Below the pieces are notes generated by a model. It saw only the letters and a list, made by a program, of their open reading frames with translations. It made no database searches and was not told the DNA's origin. The position numbers were made by a program, and so were the translations under genes. From contig NC_045696.1 in the NCBI RefSeq assembly GCF_009834535.1, positions 109,308,001 to 109,372,000 of the forward strand: 64,000 nucleotides of DNA, read 5' to 3'. Of this stretch, positions 25,744 to 39,158 are shown in pieces (position 1 is the first letter of the stretch; the number at the start of each line of letters is the position of its first letter). Source of the stretch: Camelus ferus (lineage: Eukaryota).

Positions 25744-28700
25744 TCAGTGTCACGGATCTGACTGCTGATAGTGGGTGCCAGAGGAGTTTTAGGAGCCTGC
25801 CACAAGGAAGACACTGGAGTGGAGGAGAGTAGTTAGAAGAAGGGGCTCAGATGGGTATATATGTCTGAACGGGAAGCAGTACTGACCTGGGGTACGTGCT
25901 GGGTCAGGAGGAGCCTTGGTATAGCTCTCTTGTACTTGTGTATTCATCTCATTATCTTGTAGAGCATGATCTCCAAACCACTTCTGTGGCAGGTTTTAAA
26001 TACCATCATCAGTGTGCATTGGGCTGCCCTTGCTGATGTGGTAGTCCTTGTAAAGCAGGAGTTCCTGGACTTGTTGGAGAGCATCACCATTCACTTACAC
26101 GCCAGAAGCCCAGACTCCTTCTCCTGTACTGTCTTGATTCTGTCTCATAATTAATTACACCTTAAATTCTTCTCCTACATCTCTCAAGACCTAGTGCCTC
26201 ATCTGTAATTTGGACTTTCATTGTTTCTTAACTAGAAATGGAAATAGTCTTCTAACTGGTCTCCTTGCCTCTGGGCTGACCTCTTGCTGTGTCCCCCAAC
26301 AAAGGCTCATGGTTGTCATCAGAATAAAGTTCCAGTTTCTTAGGGAGCCTTAGTGATTTCATTCCTGCCTTTCTTTTCTACCTGCCCTACAGCTAATTGT
26401 TTAGTACTTTATTTTTTTTTTCTTTCTCAGTCTGGCAGTCTTGAATATCCTTTGCTCTGGACATTGCTGCTGTGTGCTCTGCTAAAAATGCCCTGTTCCC
26501 AGTCTTTACCTCATTAACTCCTGTTCATCTCGTGAAACTCGGGCCTGCTATCACGTCTCTTTTTTTGGCTATGTCAAGTGCCCTTTTCTGTACCCACAGT
26601 GACCTTCTCTTTCCTTCATCATACTCTAAGAATGTTTTAGTAGCTGATTTTCTTTTGTCTCCCTCCAAGATGTTGAGCACTCTAAGGGTAGGAACCTCCG
26701 TTCGTCTTTCTCTGTGTCCCCTGTGCCTGGTATGGCGCCTGGTGCTGAGTTACAGGAGCTCCCTGACTACGGAGGAGAAGCCACAGGCCATAGTTCAACA
26801 AATGGGGAGCTTTTCAGAGTTAGAATGTGCTGCTTTAGGAGCGGTAGATTTCCTCTTTCTTAAAGTGTGAAGACATAGTTTGGGTGCACTTGACAAACTA
26901 GTTGACAACTAGTTGCATACGTGGGATTTTTCAGATTTTTTGCTCTGAATAAAGTTGTAAGTTTGGAAGAATGAATGGAATTCATAGTTTGAACATGCAG
27001 CTAAACTGATTTCACAGTTCATCTGTAGCAGGTGTAAGAATTTATAGGAAAGTGCTAATAATGTTATATCTTAAAACATTTTATGATAAAAAACTAAGGA
27101 AATGTGTATGTTAATTTAATTCCAGGTTCAGCCTCTATAGCAGCTCCTAATTCCAGTTTTAGGTCATAATCTCTGGTGATTTTAGCACAGATAATTAACT
27201 GAAGTTTGTTTATTTTAAAAGTTAATCTTTTGAGTATTCCATATATGTACATGGTAAAAAACTCAAAAGGCGTAAAGAGTACACAGTAGAAAATAAATTC
27301 CTTACATCTTCCTTGACCATCCCCAAGCAGTCCTGCCACCTAGCTCACCTTCCATGGGCATCCACTGTTACCTGATTTTGGTCTCCCCTTCTAAAGATAG
27401 TCTGTGCACAGGTAAGATGTGCGTGTGTGTGTATGTATGTGTATATATGTATTTTTGAAATGGGAAAGTCATGCAAAGGGGTAGGAGAGACACAGCAGTG
27501 AGTTCTTCACCTGATCGTGTTGGCTTTGGGATGCAGTCAGGGACTTTCAGGAGCAGGCGGTGGTTCCCAGGCTGTAGCACTTCACAGTTCTTGCTTTTTA
27601 AGAATTGCCAGAAGATGAAATATTTGCTTCCAAAGATTTCTAGGCTCCTTGATATGTCACTTCACATTGTAGATATATTAGTTCTAATACATCATCAAAG
27701 TTTTTGTAGTACTTGTTCTCCAGTGTTCATGTGACTCTTCTGTCTTGCCAAACTGATTATGGTCTTCTCAGGCTGGAGCTGTGTCTTATTCTTGGCATGT
27801 GTGTCCCACTGCTTTAGTGAGTGGTGGGTGATACAGTGGGTTAATTGGATTTCCAGATGGGATGAGAACTCTGGTATTGCTTCTCTTTCACAAGACCACA
27901 CACTCCCCAGAAATACCAAAAGACTGCTGGTGGTTTTAACAGATAATTGGTTTCTTCTGTATTTCTTAGCGTTCTCCAGAATCCAGAAAAAACCATGCAA
28001 CTGCATCTGTTAAGTGTCAGTCGGTATTTTAGATAGCTGAAAGGCAAAAATACACCAAAATGTAGCAGAATGCTCCCTACGTGCTCCCGTCCCCTAGCTG
28101 TTCTCTGGTCTCAGGAATTCTTCATCATTGTCTGGAGAGTTTGCAGGGAACTTGTCCAGAGTTCCTACAGCAGCCCCTGGGGCCAGCCTGCCGTATTCCC
28201 TGCAGAGTGGGTTTTCTATGAGAAAGGCAGCACTTTTGGTAATTTCAGAGAAATTAGAAGGCTATTTGGCTGTAGGCAAGTGTATTCACTTTAAACTTGT
28301 ACTGTGTTCCAAAAGGAAGTGGCTTTACTCATCAGCTGCCTATTTGCAATTGCCTTTTACTTCTAAGTAAGGGAAGATTACCAAAAATGTTTATTTCTTA
28401 GCTTATTCAAATATTTATATTTTCTCTGGTTTCTCTTCTCAAGTCTTTTGGCTCATTCTTTTTTTCTGATAAACAACTGCTGCTCAGATTTCCTTTGTTC
28501 CAGTAGATTATAAATGCTAGCTTTAGAGCAGATCTGTTTCTTCAAAGAATCATTGGCAGGTGAGATTCCATATAGATTGATACATGCCAAAGGAGAGAAA
28601 ATTGGACTTTAATAATTGACATTTTCTTCTCTAATACCAGGAACTGCAATTTAAAATTTTATATTCTAAAGATTCTGGAGGAAGAAGACAACTGCCTTGG

Positions 28701-30740
28701 GAATGCCTTACATGTTGAGACAATCCCTTAAAAAGGGCGGGAGCAAGGGACAGGCATCATGCTTCCACACTTCTTAGTTTTCCAAGTTGCTGTTGGCCAA
28801 AGTGTTGGACTTCCCCAGAAATCTCACCCAGCCCCTTTGCCACCTCTCCCCATTCTCCTAACTCTACCCAGCTCCACTCACAGGCTCATTTCTCTCCCTC
28901 CTGCCCTTCCCTCCTCTTGCCACACTGAGACTCTCGGGTGCTATTCTTGTCCCCCACCCTCAGCACTGCAACTGGGGGCCTTTGACCCTGTTTGCCGCTC
29001 ACTGTCTGTCTGCTGCCCCAGGAGTTCTGGTCCCTGGCTAGCTGTGCCTCTGCTTGCAGTAGCTGAGAAAAGTCTTTATTCCAGGGGAAGCGTAAGTTTG
29101 GTTTTGAATCTGTTACATTTCAGAATTGTAAGATTATTAGGTAGCTATGTCTGGTAGGTGATTGGGCATACGAGAGGAGAGAATGAAGATGCAGGAGAGT
29201 GAGAGAGATCAGTTGATAATGCAAGACCCCTTTGGTGGTGAAGTGGGCGTGAACCTAGTGTTCTGGGAGAGAAGGGCTTATCATTTGGAGAGGAGGGTAA
29301 ATCTCTCCTTAGGACTGGAGTGCAGAGGTTGAGTGCTCTCACAGATGTGCCTGGTGCTGGAAAAAAGGCAAAAGAGGGGTTCCTGTGTGCCAGCCAAAGA
29401 GGACAAGGGCATTGTCTGAAAGTAGGGAAATGGGGAGGACAGCAGGAGTGAAGCGGTGGATCCTGTGAGATTTGGAGTGAGGAGACGAGGGACAGAGGCG
29501 TCGGTGAGGAAAGGTTGCTGAGCAAGATTAAGGACCTGCCCTGAGCCTGGGGGTCATCCTTGTCTAAGACCCCTTTCTCTTTCTGGGATGTGATTTCCTC
29601 CAGCAGTGCTGGGCAGCAGGAGTAGAGTGGGAGGTGGTCAGGGTCCTGATGACAATGTAACTGTGTCAGTAACATAATCTTCTTTGGGGCACAGGCTGTG
29701 GGAAAGTGAAACCAGGTCCAACCAGAAGAGGATGGAAATAGCTTTATTGATTGTTGCATCCCATCTGTGAGCACAGCACTGGGCTTATAAATGTTGGTTG
29801 AATCAGAGTGTTGGAGACAAAGAACTGTTTTTGTAGGGATCAGAGGTACTGATGGGATCTTTGGTAGAGTGGGGTTTTTGCATTTGTTTTGGTTATGGAA
29901 CAATTCTTGAGTACATAGGAATACCGAATAGTTAATATTGAAGCCACCAGGCAGATGGCAGGAGACAAAACGGGCCAAGGACCAAGGCCTCTGCAAGTCC
30001 CGTGTGTCAGTGATGTTGATGGCATGAGAAGTAGTCATTATGAGTAGAAGCTGTGAGCTTCAGAGTATAGGGGAGTTTGCATGAGGAAGGGATGTGTAGA
30101 AAGGACCTAATGTAATGATCCTAAAAGAATGCTGACCCTACTGCCTAGGCACTGAGAGGCGGAGGCTGTAGGAACTGAATGACTGGAAAGCCAGGAGATG
30201 ATGGGTAAGACACTTGTGAAGAGGCTGAGAGTGTGGGAGGCTGTTTAGAATATTGGGGTTCCCAAGAAGGGGGTAAAACAGAAGGGCTGCAGCATTGTTC
30301 TTAGCAGAACACAGGAAGGCTGGTGTCAGAATTCTGGGGTCAGGAGTAGGGTGGTGCTTATGGGGAAGTGCAGTGGGGCATAGGCTTCTCTGGAATGACT
30401 GCTGATGCCACTGGGGTCTGTGTTTATCAGGGGACCTGTGCCAGACTGACAGCTGTGTTGTATTAATTATCCTACTTGATCCTCATAACTTGTAGTAGCC
30501 TCATTCTATAAAAACTGAAACTTGGAGAAGTTAATAATTTACCTTATGGTCCCTCGGTCTCACGGTTCCAGTCCAGTTTTTGCTGACTGTACTTAATTTT
30601 TTTCATGCACTTGCCCTTCTTGTCCTGTTAAAAGAGATAGCAGGGATATAGGGATGTAGTCAGTGTATTCTCAATGTTAGTGAGTGCTGCAGGGAAGCCT
30701 GCTCGTTCCTGGCCCAAAGTTGCTGGGCCGTAGCTCTCTT

Positions 30741-30772
30741 GCACCCCCTGGTGGCAGTGACAGTATCGCGGC
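30741..30772 (-). promoter_or_regulatory. Predicted CTCF site (core plus upstream motif)
   Basis: Reverse complement GCCGCGATACTGTCACTGCCACCAGGGGGTGC; core is a near-perfect CCACCAGGGGGCGC match. Confidence 0.65.
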
Positions 30773-32069
30773 ATACTAAGGTGATAGTGAACACTTGTAG
30801 CTAAGGTACCACTAAGTCAGTCACTGATGTGCAGCAGCAAGAGCATTTCCTTTGCTGTGAACATGGCACTTACCCAATACAGCCTTTAACAATTGTTTGT
30901 ATACCTGTCTTAACTGTCAGGCAGAAGTTTAGTATTTCCATACCCTTCCAGTGTTCAGGGGCTTTAAAGTAGAGTTTGCAAGAAAATCCAGGGGGGAAGT
31001 TAATGTTCTGTGTACTGAGCCCTTCTTCTTATCCATGGGTTAAACATCTTCTGACCTAGCTGATGCCTGAGTGTCCATCCTTTCTCTTATAGCCTGGGAG
31101 GTTACTCTATTCCTGTTTCCTTTCATCTTTGTTATATCCCATTTTGTTGGTTTTATTCATTAGCATATAAACACATTTGAGTATCTCCTAGTGAAAAAAA
31201 AAAGGAAAGGCTTTGAAATCTGCACCCTGCCCCTGCCCCCGCCCCCTGGTTCCATTCTTCCTAGTTAAGTTTCATAAAGAATGGTTTCTTAAATCTCTTT
31301 CATGCTGCTCTTTTCCTAACCCAACCCACAACCCTTTGACTTCTGCCAATCCCAGCCTCCACCAAAGCTGCCCTTGTGACCTCTGAATGGGAGATGGGTA
31401 CCATTCTTACTGAGACTCCAAGGGCAGGACAGAGAGTAGCATGTCCTGAGAGTAACAACGTAAGGTCTTGTTGAAGGTGTTGAAGGTGGCAGCTGTTCTG
31501 AATTTCACCTGTTGCTTTGTAGTTTGAGCTGTTTCTTTCATGAACATCTCTAGCAGCAGAGCTGTATTTATTTATTGGTGCTGATTGGTTCTACTGAGTT
31601 ACCTCTGTAGGCCAGGTGTTCCAGGATTGCCTTCCTAGTCACCTCTCTTCCTTTTCTGGATTCTGAATCAATTGAGATATAGATACAGAGGTTAGATGGG
31701 CATCCAAACATAAGCTTTCTTAATGTTGAAAGCTGAACTAGAGAATGTGGCTTGGATAGATATTCTATGAGAAACTTGTGCCTTGGACTCTGCTTGTGGG
31801 GTGAGTGGGTCTGTAGAACAGACCTTCATCCACCAGTCAGAGCTTGGCTTTTATCAGCTGCAGAAGACATTGGTGGCTAGTCATGGTCTGTAAATTATAC
31901 ACCTTAACTCCTTGGCTCTTCATACCTATCTGCCTCTCCAGGGCTTTTCCGTCGATGGCTTATAGTTCTCAGCAGGATTTCTGAATCCTAGATGGTAGAT
32001 TTTATAGGAGAGTGGTGGTACTGCTCTGGACATGAAATAGAGGGTGGCTTACTAGATTGAATTTTTATC

Positions 32070-32810
32070 CAATTAAAAATTCTGAGGAACATATGAACAA
32101 ACACAACAGAATAGAAACAGTCATAAATACAGAGAACAAACGTTAACAGAGGCTAGTGGGGTGAGGGGGAGGAAGAAATAGGTGGGAGAGATTAAGAGGC
32201 ACAAACTTACAGTTGCAAAAAAGCAGTCAAGGGTATGAGATTTACAGTGTGGGGAGTATAGGCAATAACTAAATAATATCTTTGTGGTGACATATTGTAA
32301 CTAGACTTACTGTGATCATTTTGAAATGTGTAGAAGAAAATCACTGTGTTGTGTGTAACAGGAACTAACAAAGTGTTGTTGGTCAGTTATACTTTAAAAA
32401 CAAAAAATATGCAAACAAACTCATAGAAAAAGAGACCAGATTTGTGGTTACCAGAGACGGGGTGGGGATGGGGGACATTGGATGAAGGCAGTCAGAAGGC
32501 ACTGCAGAGTTCCAGTTAGAAGATAAGTAAGTGCCAGTGATATAATGTACGACATGATAAACATAATTAACACTGCTGTATGTTACATATGAAGGTTGTT
32601 AAGAGTAAATCCTAAGAGTTCTCATCACAAAAAATGTTTTCTATTTCTTTAATTTTGTATCCATATGAGATAATGGATGCTTACTAAATTTACTGTGATA
32701 AGCATTTCATCATGTATGTAAGTCACATCATTTTGCTATAACCTTAAACTTAACACAGGGATGTATGCCAATTATATCTCCATAAAACCGGAAGGAAAAA
32801 AACCAAACAA
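32070..32810 (+). mobile_element. L1 3' UTR fragment (L1MA-like), sense
   Basis: agagaacaaac, gtggttaccagag, aatcctaagagttctcatcacaa and caattatatctccataaaac motifs followed by an A-rich tail. Confidence 0.75.
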
Positions 32811-33147
32811 ACACACCCCCAAAACAGTCATCCAATGGATCATATGAGAGGCAGCACAGTCTGGGGGGGAAGTCTTAGAATCAGACTCAGCAGAGCTGGA
32901 TTCCCACTCTGGCTACTTTGTGTATATTGAATTTGCCTGGATTGGTTCCTTCAGCTGTTGGGGCAAAAAAAAAAGAACATTCCTAGGACTGTTTCTGACA
33001 ATTTTGACTTTTTAAAAAAATAGCTAGATTATTTGTACATGTGAAAGCTTCACGCAGTCATTAGGTAATGACTTAATCAGCGAAATCAAGCTGTTAGTGC
33101 CCTTTCTGTTACCATGGATCCAATTTGTTTATTTCTCCATGTTATAG

Positions 33148-33247
33148 GTTGAATATAAGCTGGGGTTCCAAGTAGACAATTTTGTGGCTATGGACATGCC
33201 CCAGGTCAACATTTCTGCTCAGGGGGAAGTTCCACGCACTTTATCAG
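33148..33247 (+). CDS. RYK: RYK exon 3 (100 nt): VEYKLGFQVDNFVAMDMPQVNISAQGEVPRTLS
   Basis: gttatag acceptor, CAG|gtgagt donor, phase 0 to 1. Confidence 0.97.
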
Positions 33248-33499
33248 GTGAGTCTCAATGACAGAATTTAACATACTGTTTTTATCTATGTCCCCCATAC
33301 CCTCAAAGAAGAGTTTAACTACTGATACGTAGTGTATCTACACACACACATAGGTATCCGATGTGTAAGTATTTTGAAAAGTAGTTTTTATAAATAGTCA
33401 TTACTTGTACTGTTTAAACCAGCCCCTCTTTTTCATCCCCTCCAGAACTATCCGCCCTCAGCTCTTTATCTCCTTTTATGCATTGCTGGCCCCTTCCTA

Positions 33500-34085
33500 G
33501 GTCCCCATGGCTGGTCTTACTTGTCTTCCATTAATTTCCCCACTGCAGCCCCCATGATCATTGAACACTCACTTCTGACCCCATGACATAAAGCTCATCC
33601 GTACCTCACCCCCATCAACCCATCAACATTCCAGACTCGCCAGCCCCTGTGCTGTGCTCACCCCTGCCTGCCTGTCTAGCCTAGTCGCTGCACTTGCCGC
33701 AGTGTCCGGCGGTGACATGCTACGTGCAGTTCTGAGAGCCGTGCCTTTGCACATGCTCATCTCTGTATTTGGAGCCATCTTCTCATCTTTTCTGCTTGTG
33801 AGTTTCTGTTCATACTAAATATTCTGCAAACCTCAAAATCTGCACTCTCCTTTCTCTGTCTCCTCTCCCTCCGGTTGTTAACTCTTCTGTTTTTCCTGCC
33901 CCATAGGAGTTGTATTTCACTGTTTAGAGCTATCACATTATCTTGTAATTCTTTGTCTTTGTCTCTCCCTACTAGCCTGTGGCCACTCTGAGGGCAGGAG
34001 CTGCCTTTTTCTGTTATCTACCCTCGGTGCCTAACATAGCATCTGGAGTGGGATAGACACTCAGGACAGGTCTGAGTCAATGATT
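33500..34085 (+). mobile_element. L2 remnant
   Basis: Pyrimidine-rich body ending ...ctcggtgcctaacatagcatctgg... Confidence 0.55.
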
Positions 34086-35391
34086 TAACTGTCATATTTG
34101 CACCAATTTAACTACTTTTGAGCCAACCTTTTGAGAAAAGTTCCAGAGGTGTGAGATTTTAAACAAATGAAAATTTAAAAAACTTGAAGGTATAAGCCCC
34201 AGTGTTATGGAACTTTTTCTGGCAGTCTTATTCACTGTTATTAGGGACATACATTAATCTAAGTTTTAGGCAAGCATGGGAAGGCTGGTTAATTTTTATT
34301 ATTACATGGGCCAGTAAAGAAGTTCAGAAATGCACATCGCTCATACACTGATACAGATGGTAGAATGATACATTCTAAATTTGTAGAAAAAGAATCTTAA
34401 ACAGAGATACTTTTTTAAGTGCACCAAAGCAATGTTATCCCATTGCTACAATAACTGATTAAATCCAGTTTCTGTTTAGAGAAGTTTTTTTAAACACATA
34501 GTTGAAAATTTATCAGTTTTGTTTACAGATTTCTATTTAATCTCTTCATTAAGAGCAATAAATACATGATTGCATTTTGATGGTGAATTGTCTTTCCTTG
34601 TTATCCGGTAATGTTTGTTGTTATTATTGTTGATGTGACTAGTGAGGTGGCAGGGCCTGCCTTAGGATTCTGTAGCTTTACTGTATTACAATAAGGGGAC
34701 TTGGGAGACAAAGGGATACGTTAAAAATCACGAGGGAGCCGAGCCCAGCTGATCGGCATGAGCGTCGCTCTTCCTGCTTGTCCTTCTCTAGTGCTGCGTG
34801 GCCGGCAGCGGTCCCGGGAAGGAAGCAGGAGTGGAAGAGGTGCTTTCTCCACCCCTGGGTTCCAGGACTTAGCCTGGGGCAGGACGGAGGGTGTGAGGGG
34901 CCTTCATACTTCGCTTCATCCCTTCTGCCCATCACAACATACAAAGCAATGACACCTGGAGTTTTCCAAACAACCTTTATTTCCTCAGAGTCTTCCTTAA
35001 CCCTGTGGAACAAGGAGCTGCCACTGAGTAGGGCCTGGTAGAGGGGGTGCTTTCTTTCCTACTCCCTCCCCCAATTTAAAATATAGATTTATAAAGAAAG
35101 GAAGGAAGGAAGGAAGAAAGAAAAAAAGAATCATGAGCAGAAGTTGAAAACAACTCTCTTCCTTTGTCTTGGTTTGTTCTTTAATGCTAACTTCTGTATC
35201 TATAATGCACTTAATGTCCAAAGCTGTGTAGTCTGTAGATAAGTTCTCTGCAAGTTTCTCCTTCGTATTTTATGTAAATGTATTATTTTTAGTTTCATTG
35301 CAACAAAAATAAATTCTAAATTATTTAACAGGCATTAATGTTGATTTTTAGAAAATTAAAATATTTTTCTCTTTTCTGTTTTTTTAAACAG

Positions 35392-35526
35392 TGTTTCGGG
35401 TCGAGCTTTCCTGTACCGGCAAAGTAGATTCTGAGGTTATGATACTAATGCAGCTCAACTTGACAGTAAATTCTTCAAAAAACTTTACAGTCCTAAATTT
35501 CAAACGAAGGAAAATGTGCTACAAAA
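35392..35526 (+). CDS. RYK: RYK exon 4 (135 nt): (V)FRVELSCTGKVDSEVMILMQLNLTVNSSKNFTVLNFKRRKMCYK, end of WIF domain with tetrabasic KRRK (35502-35513)
   Basis: tttaaacag acceptor, AAA|gtaagg donor, phase 1 to 1. Confidence 0.97.
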
Positions 35527-36329
35527 GTAAGGAATTTATTTACCAAAGTATGTGTTTTATATAGATGTGAGAAGGTCAAAAATAGATTTTGTCATCTTTA
35601 CAGATTTGTGATCAAAGCTTGATTGTGGTTGCAAATGAGAAAAGAGAGAGCACGAACAGATGAAATTGCAAGATAATCACCAGATAGCTTGTTGCCAGGA
35701 ATCTCACTCAGGTCTCACTCAGTCCCTGCTTTCTCAGAATCTTTGATCAGAATTGCTAAGGACATTTTCCATTAAGAATGTGAAGTAGCACTAAAGTGGC
35801 TGAAGAGGTAAAGAAATCAGGTAATTTTGTTAGGGTCCCTGAGTAATAGAGTGTTAACTGTGTTTCCTTTATAAATTACTGTAATGCAGAAGCATTGCCC
35901 TGGGGCCAGAAAGACCTGCATTAGAATTACAGCTCTGCTGTTGACAGAATATTGGAACAAGTGTTTTAACCTAAATCTCAGTGTTTTCATCTGTAAAATG
36001 GCACAATAACCTGTTTAAAGAGGTCAGTTGGTTGATTTTAGATTAATTGAATCTAGCCAGCCTAAAGCTTAGAATACCGTATATGGGTACTTATAAATGT
36101 TAGTAGTTTTTGTTTTGACTAATCTGTTACTCAGAAAATTACAGTGGATATGAAAGAGTTCCAGATCATAGATCAAAGAATTTTAAAGTTCTTCTTAAAA
36201 GTTATCTAGTCCAACCCACTGACTTTAAGTTCCAGAGAGGTAAAAGTGACCTGAATTTACAAGGTCACATAGGTAGAGTTGGTTAGTAGCTAAGGTAGGC
36301 CAAAAAATGCTAAAGAAAACCCCTCTAAA

Positions 36330-36520
36330 ATTCTGAGTAACTGCTGTGTTCCAGGTGCTTTGCACACATTAAACCCATTTAGTCCTTACAACTCTAAGCA
36401 GTAGATTCTCTCATTAGCTCCATTTTCTGAGGAGGAAGCTGAGGCTCAGAGAATCCAACCAGCTTGCCAAGGCCAGACAGCTGAGTGGTACAGCTGAGAT
36501 GCAGACCCATGCTCTTGCTT
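36330..36520 (-). mobile_element. MIR SINE
   Basis: ccattttctgaggaggaagctgaggctcagaga MIR core. Confidence 0.7.
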
Positions 36521-36668
36521 CATTGTCAGACCGTCTCTTAACACATTTCCTAGTTGAGTTTAGTTCTGTGTGTTATCAAAAACCCTGAGGCCAGCACATG
36601 TGTCTTAATGGCTAATGTCCAGATACATGTCAGTAAAAAAGTTGTACTGCAGTAGAATGGGCATTTTT

Positions 36669-37345
36669 TAAGCTTCAACTTAATCTTTTAATTAGAACAA
36701 ATATAAACAATTATTCTCTTTATTTATTTTTCCCAGTTTTTTTGAGATATAATTGACATGCATCACTGTGTAAGTTTAAGGTGTGCAGCACAGTGGTTTT
36801 GATTTACATACATTGTGAAATGATGACCACAGTAAGATTACTTAGCAGCCATCATTTCATATGGATACAACAGAAAGAGAAAACAAAAGAGAGGGAAAAA
36901 AATACTTTCTTTGTGATGAGAACTCTTAGGATTTACTCTTTTAACAACTTTCACATGCATCATACAATTAACATATAGTGTTAGTTGTAGTCACCATGCT
37001 GTACATTATATGTTATTTATCTTGTAACTGGAAGTTTATACATTTGACAACCTTCCTCCAGTTTTTCCTCCCTCCCCACCCCCTGCCTCTGTTAACAAAA
37101 AATCTGATCTCTTTTTCTATGAGTTTTTAAAAAATTCTTAATTTCTTAGATTTCGCATACATATAGGTGAGATCATAGAGTTATCTCATAGTCTTTCTCT
37201 TTCGGACTTACTTCACTTGACATAATGCCCTCAGGATCCATCTGTGTTGTTGCAAATGGCAGGATTTCCTTATTTTTTTATGGCTGAATAATGTTCCGTT
37301 ATATATTTTACATATATATACACACACATCACAACTTCTTTATCC
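36669..37345 (-). mobile_element. 5'-truncated L1 3' end (L1MA9/artiodactyl-like)
   Basis: tttgagatataattgaca start; TSD agaatgggcattttt (36654-36668) and agagtggacattttt (37346-37360). Confidence 0.85.
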
Positions 37346-38423
37346 AGAGTGGACATTTTTAAAATGAAAAGTTAACCCCTTTTAGCATTGGTGTTTTGGT
37401 ACATTTGTTAGTTCTTGTGTATCCAGTTGTGTACCTACTTTCATGGAATTTTAAAGCCAAAGTGAACTTTAGAGACTCTAGTTCAAAGTCATTATATAAT
37501 TGATATGAAGAGCCTGGGCCCACGAGTGACCACCTAAGCTTGCACAGCCAGTCAGCGAGGAGCGTCGAACACCCGATTCCTGGTCCCTAGGGAAGTGAAC
37601 GGTGACTGCACCACTGCTCATCTGTTGGTGCTAAAGGCAGAAAGAGGGCTGGGCGCAGTGGGGTCTGTGGAGCCCGCCAGCGCTAGTATCCACTAGGGCC
37701 ATGGTCAGCTGATACTCAGAATGATCCCCCTCCCTTCTCTATTTGTTTAATATGTGCGTGAAAATTAATAGCTGATGTAATTTTCTATTCTCTTTTAGAC
37801 TTCAGTTTAATATAGTACCACCCTTTTTATTTAGTGGTCATACTTTCCACCCTAGTCATCTAGTTGATGTTCGTGACTCTTACTTTTGTAAGTGAATCCT
37901 AATATATTTATCTGGTTTCGCAACTTACTACATTTTGAAAACTGCCTGCAACAGCAAACATACCTGTACTTTACTGAATGTTAATGGATGTTACTGGCAA
38001 GAAAAGTTTCCTTTATCATATGAGGATGGAAATTACTGGATCAGGCAAGTTTCCTTACTCTTAAAACTCCTTAGAGCCTTTACCTTCTGCTAATGTGCAC
38101 TGTGAACCACCATAGAGGTTATAGTATGTAACTTTCCCTAGACTTCTTGACCATAGAAACCCTTTTTCATTGAGCATCTGTCAGTAACATCCATTGGCTC
38201 ATACAGGCATAGACCATTGATTGATGAGTGTAGTGATGATTATCAGAATAGTAATGTAGCATTTATTATCTTGCAACAAATAACTTTGTTAATTAGTTCA
38301 GGCAGTGTTCTGTTAGAACACAAAACTGTTAGAGAAAGTTCAGAAAATATAATTATAGTATTTAAGGATTTTCATGGAAAAGAAAGAATTTCTAAAGCAT
38401 CTCTTATCTCCTTTTTAATTCAG

Positions 38424-38477
38424 AACTTGAAGAAGTAAAAACTTCAGCCTTGGACAAAAACACTAGCAGAACTATTT
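38424..38477 (+). CDS. RYK: RYK exon 5 (54 nt): (K)LEEVKTSALDKNTSRTI
   Basis: ttaattcag acceptor, TTT|gtaagt donor, phase 1 to 1. Confidence 0.96.
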
Positions 38478-39030
38478 GTAAGTGCTACTGTATTGTCTTT
38501 TTCCATCATTAAGGATGAAAAGTGGTTGATTGCAAAGGAACATGATTTCATGAAGCTTGGAGGCTTTATGGTTTCCAGTTCGTCAAAAGATTAAATGATG
38601 CCTTGCTATTTATTTCACTGATGTTTGGGAGATTGATATATTCAGATGACACTATTGAAATATTGAAAATTTTGTGAAGAAAAAATTCATACATTGTTTG
38701 TAAATGATATAAAAACTTTCAAAAGCAAGAATTTATACCATTTTGAGTGGTCATAATTAAAGTATGAGCAGGATATATGTGTAAGATCTTCATCTGTTTA
38801 GTAGAAGGTTAGAAAATGTAATTTGTGGCCTGGATGTAACCCTCAGCTAATTTCATCCAGGTGAAAATGCAAGCTTAAATAGTCCATGTTGTTTAAACCT
38901 ACAGATGTTTAAAAAATCAAAGTAGATTTTTATTTTTTGGTAATGGTTGTATAAGGTAGTATAACTCAGACTTCTTTTTTCCTTTTCTGACATGGACACA
39001 TCATTAAGTCTTACTCTTCCTGAGATAGTT

Positions 39031-39158
39031 GTTCTCTTGGAGGAGCAGAGGCAACTAGGTTTGTTTGTTTGTTTATTTTAGTGGACATACTAGGGATTGA
39101 ACCCAGGACCTTGTGTATGCTAAGCACGCACTGTACCACTGAGCTATACCCTTCCCCC
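39031..39158 (-). mobile_element. Vic-1-like SINE
   Basis: Reverse complement GGGGAAGGGTATAGCTCAGTGG...GGGTTCAATCCCTAG; TSD agatagtt at 39023-39030 and 39160-39167. Confidence 0.85.

Noticed and set aside
29145..30038. Longest ORF (297 aa, - strand)
   Set aside because: Pro/Ser/Leu-rich translation of a purine-biased, probably L2-derived intronic stretch; no recognisable domain or splice structure
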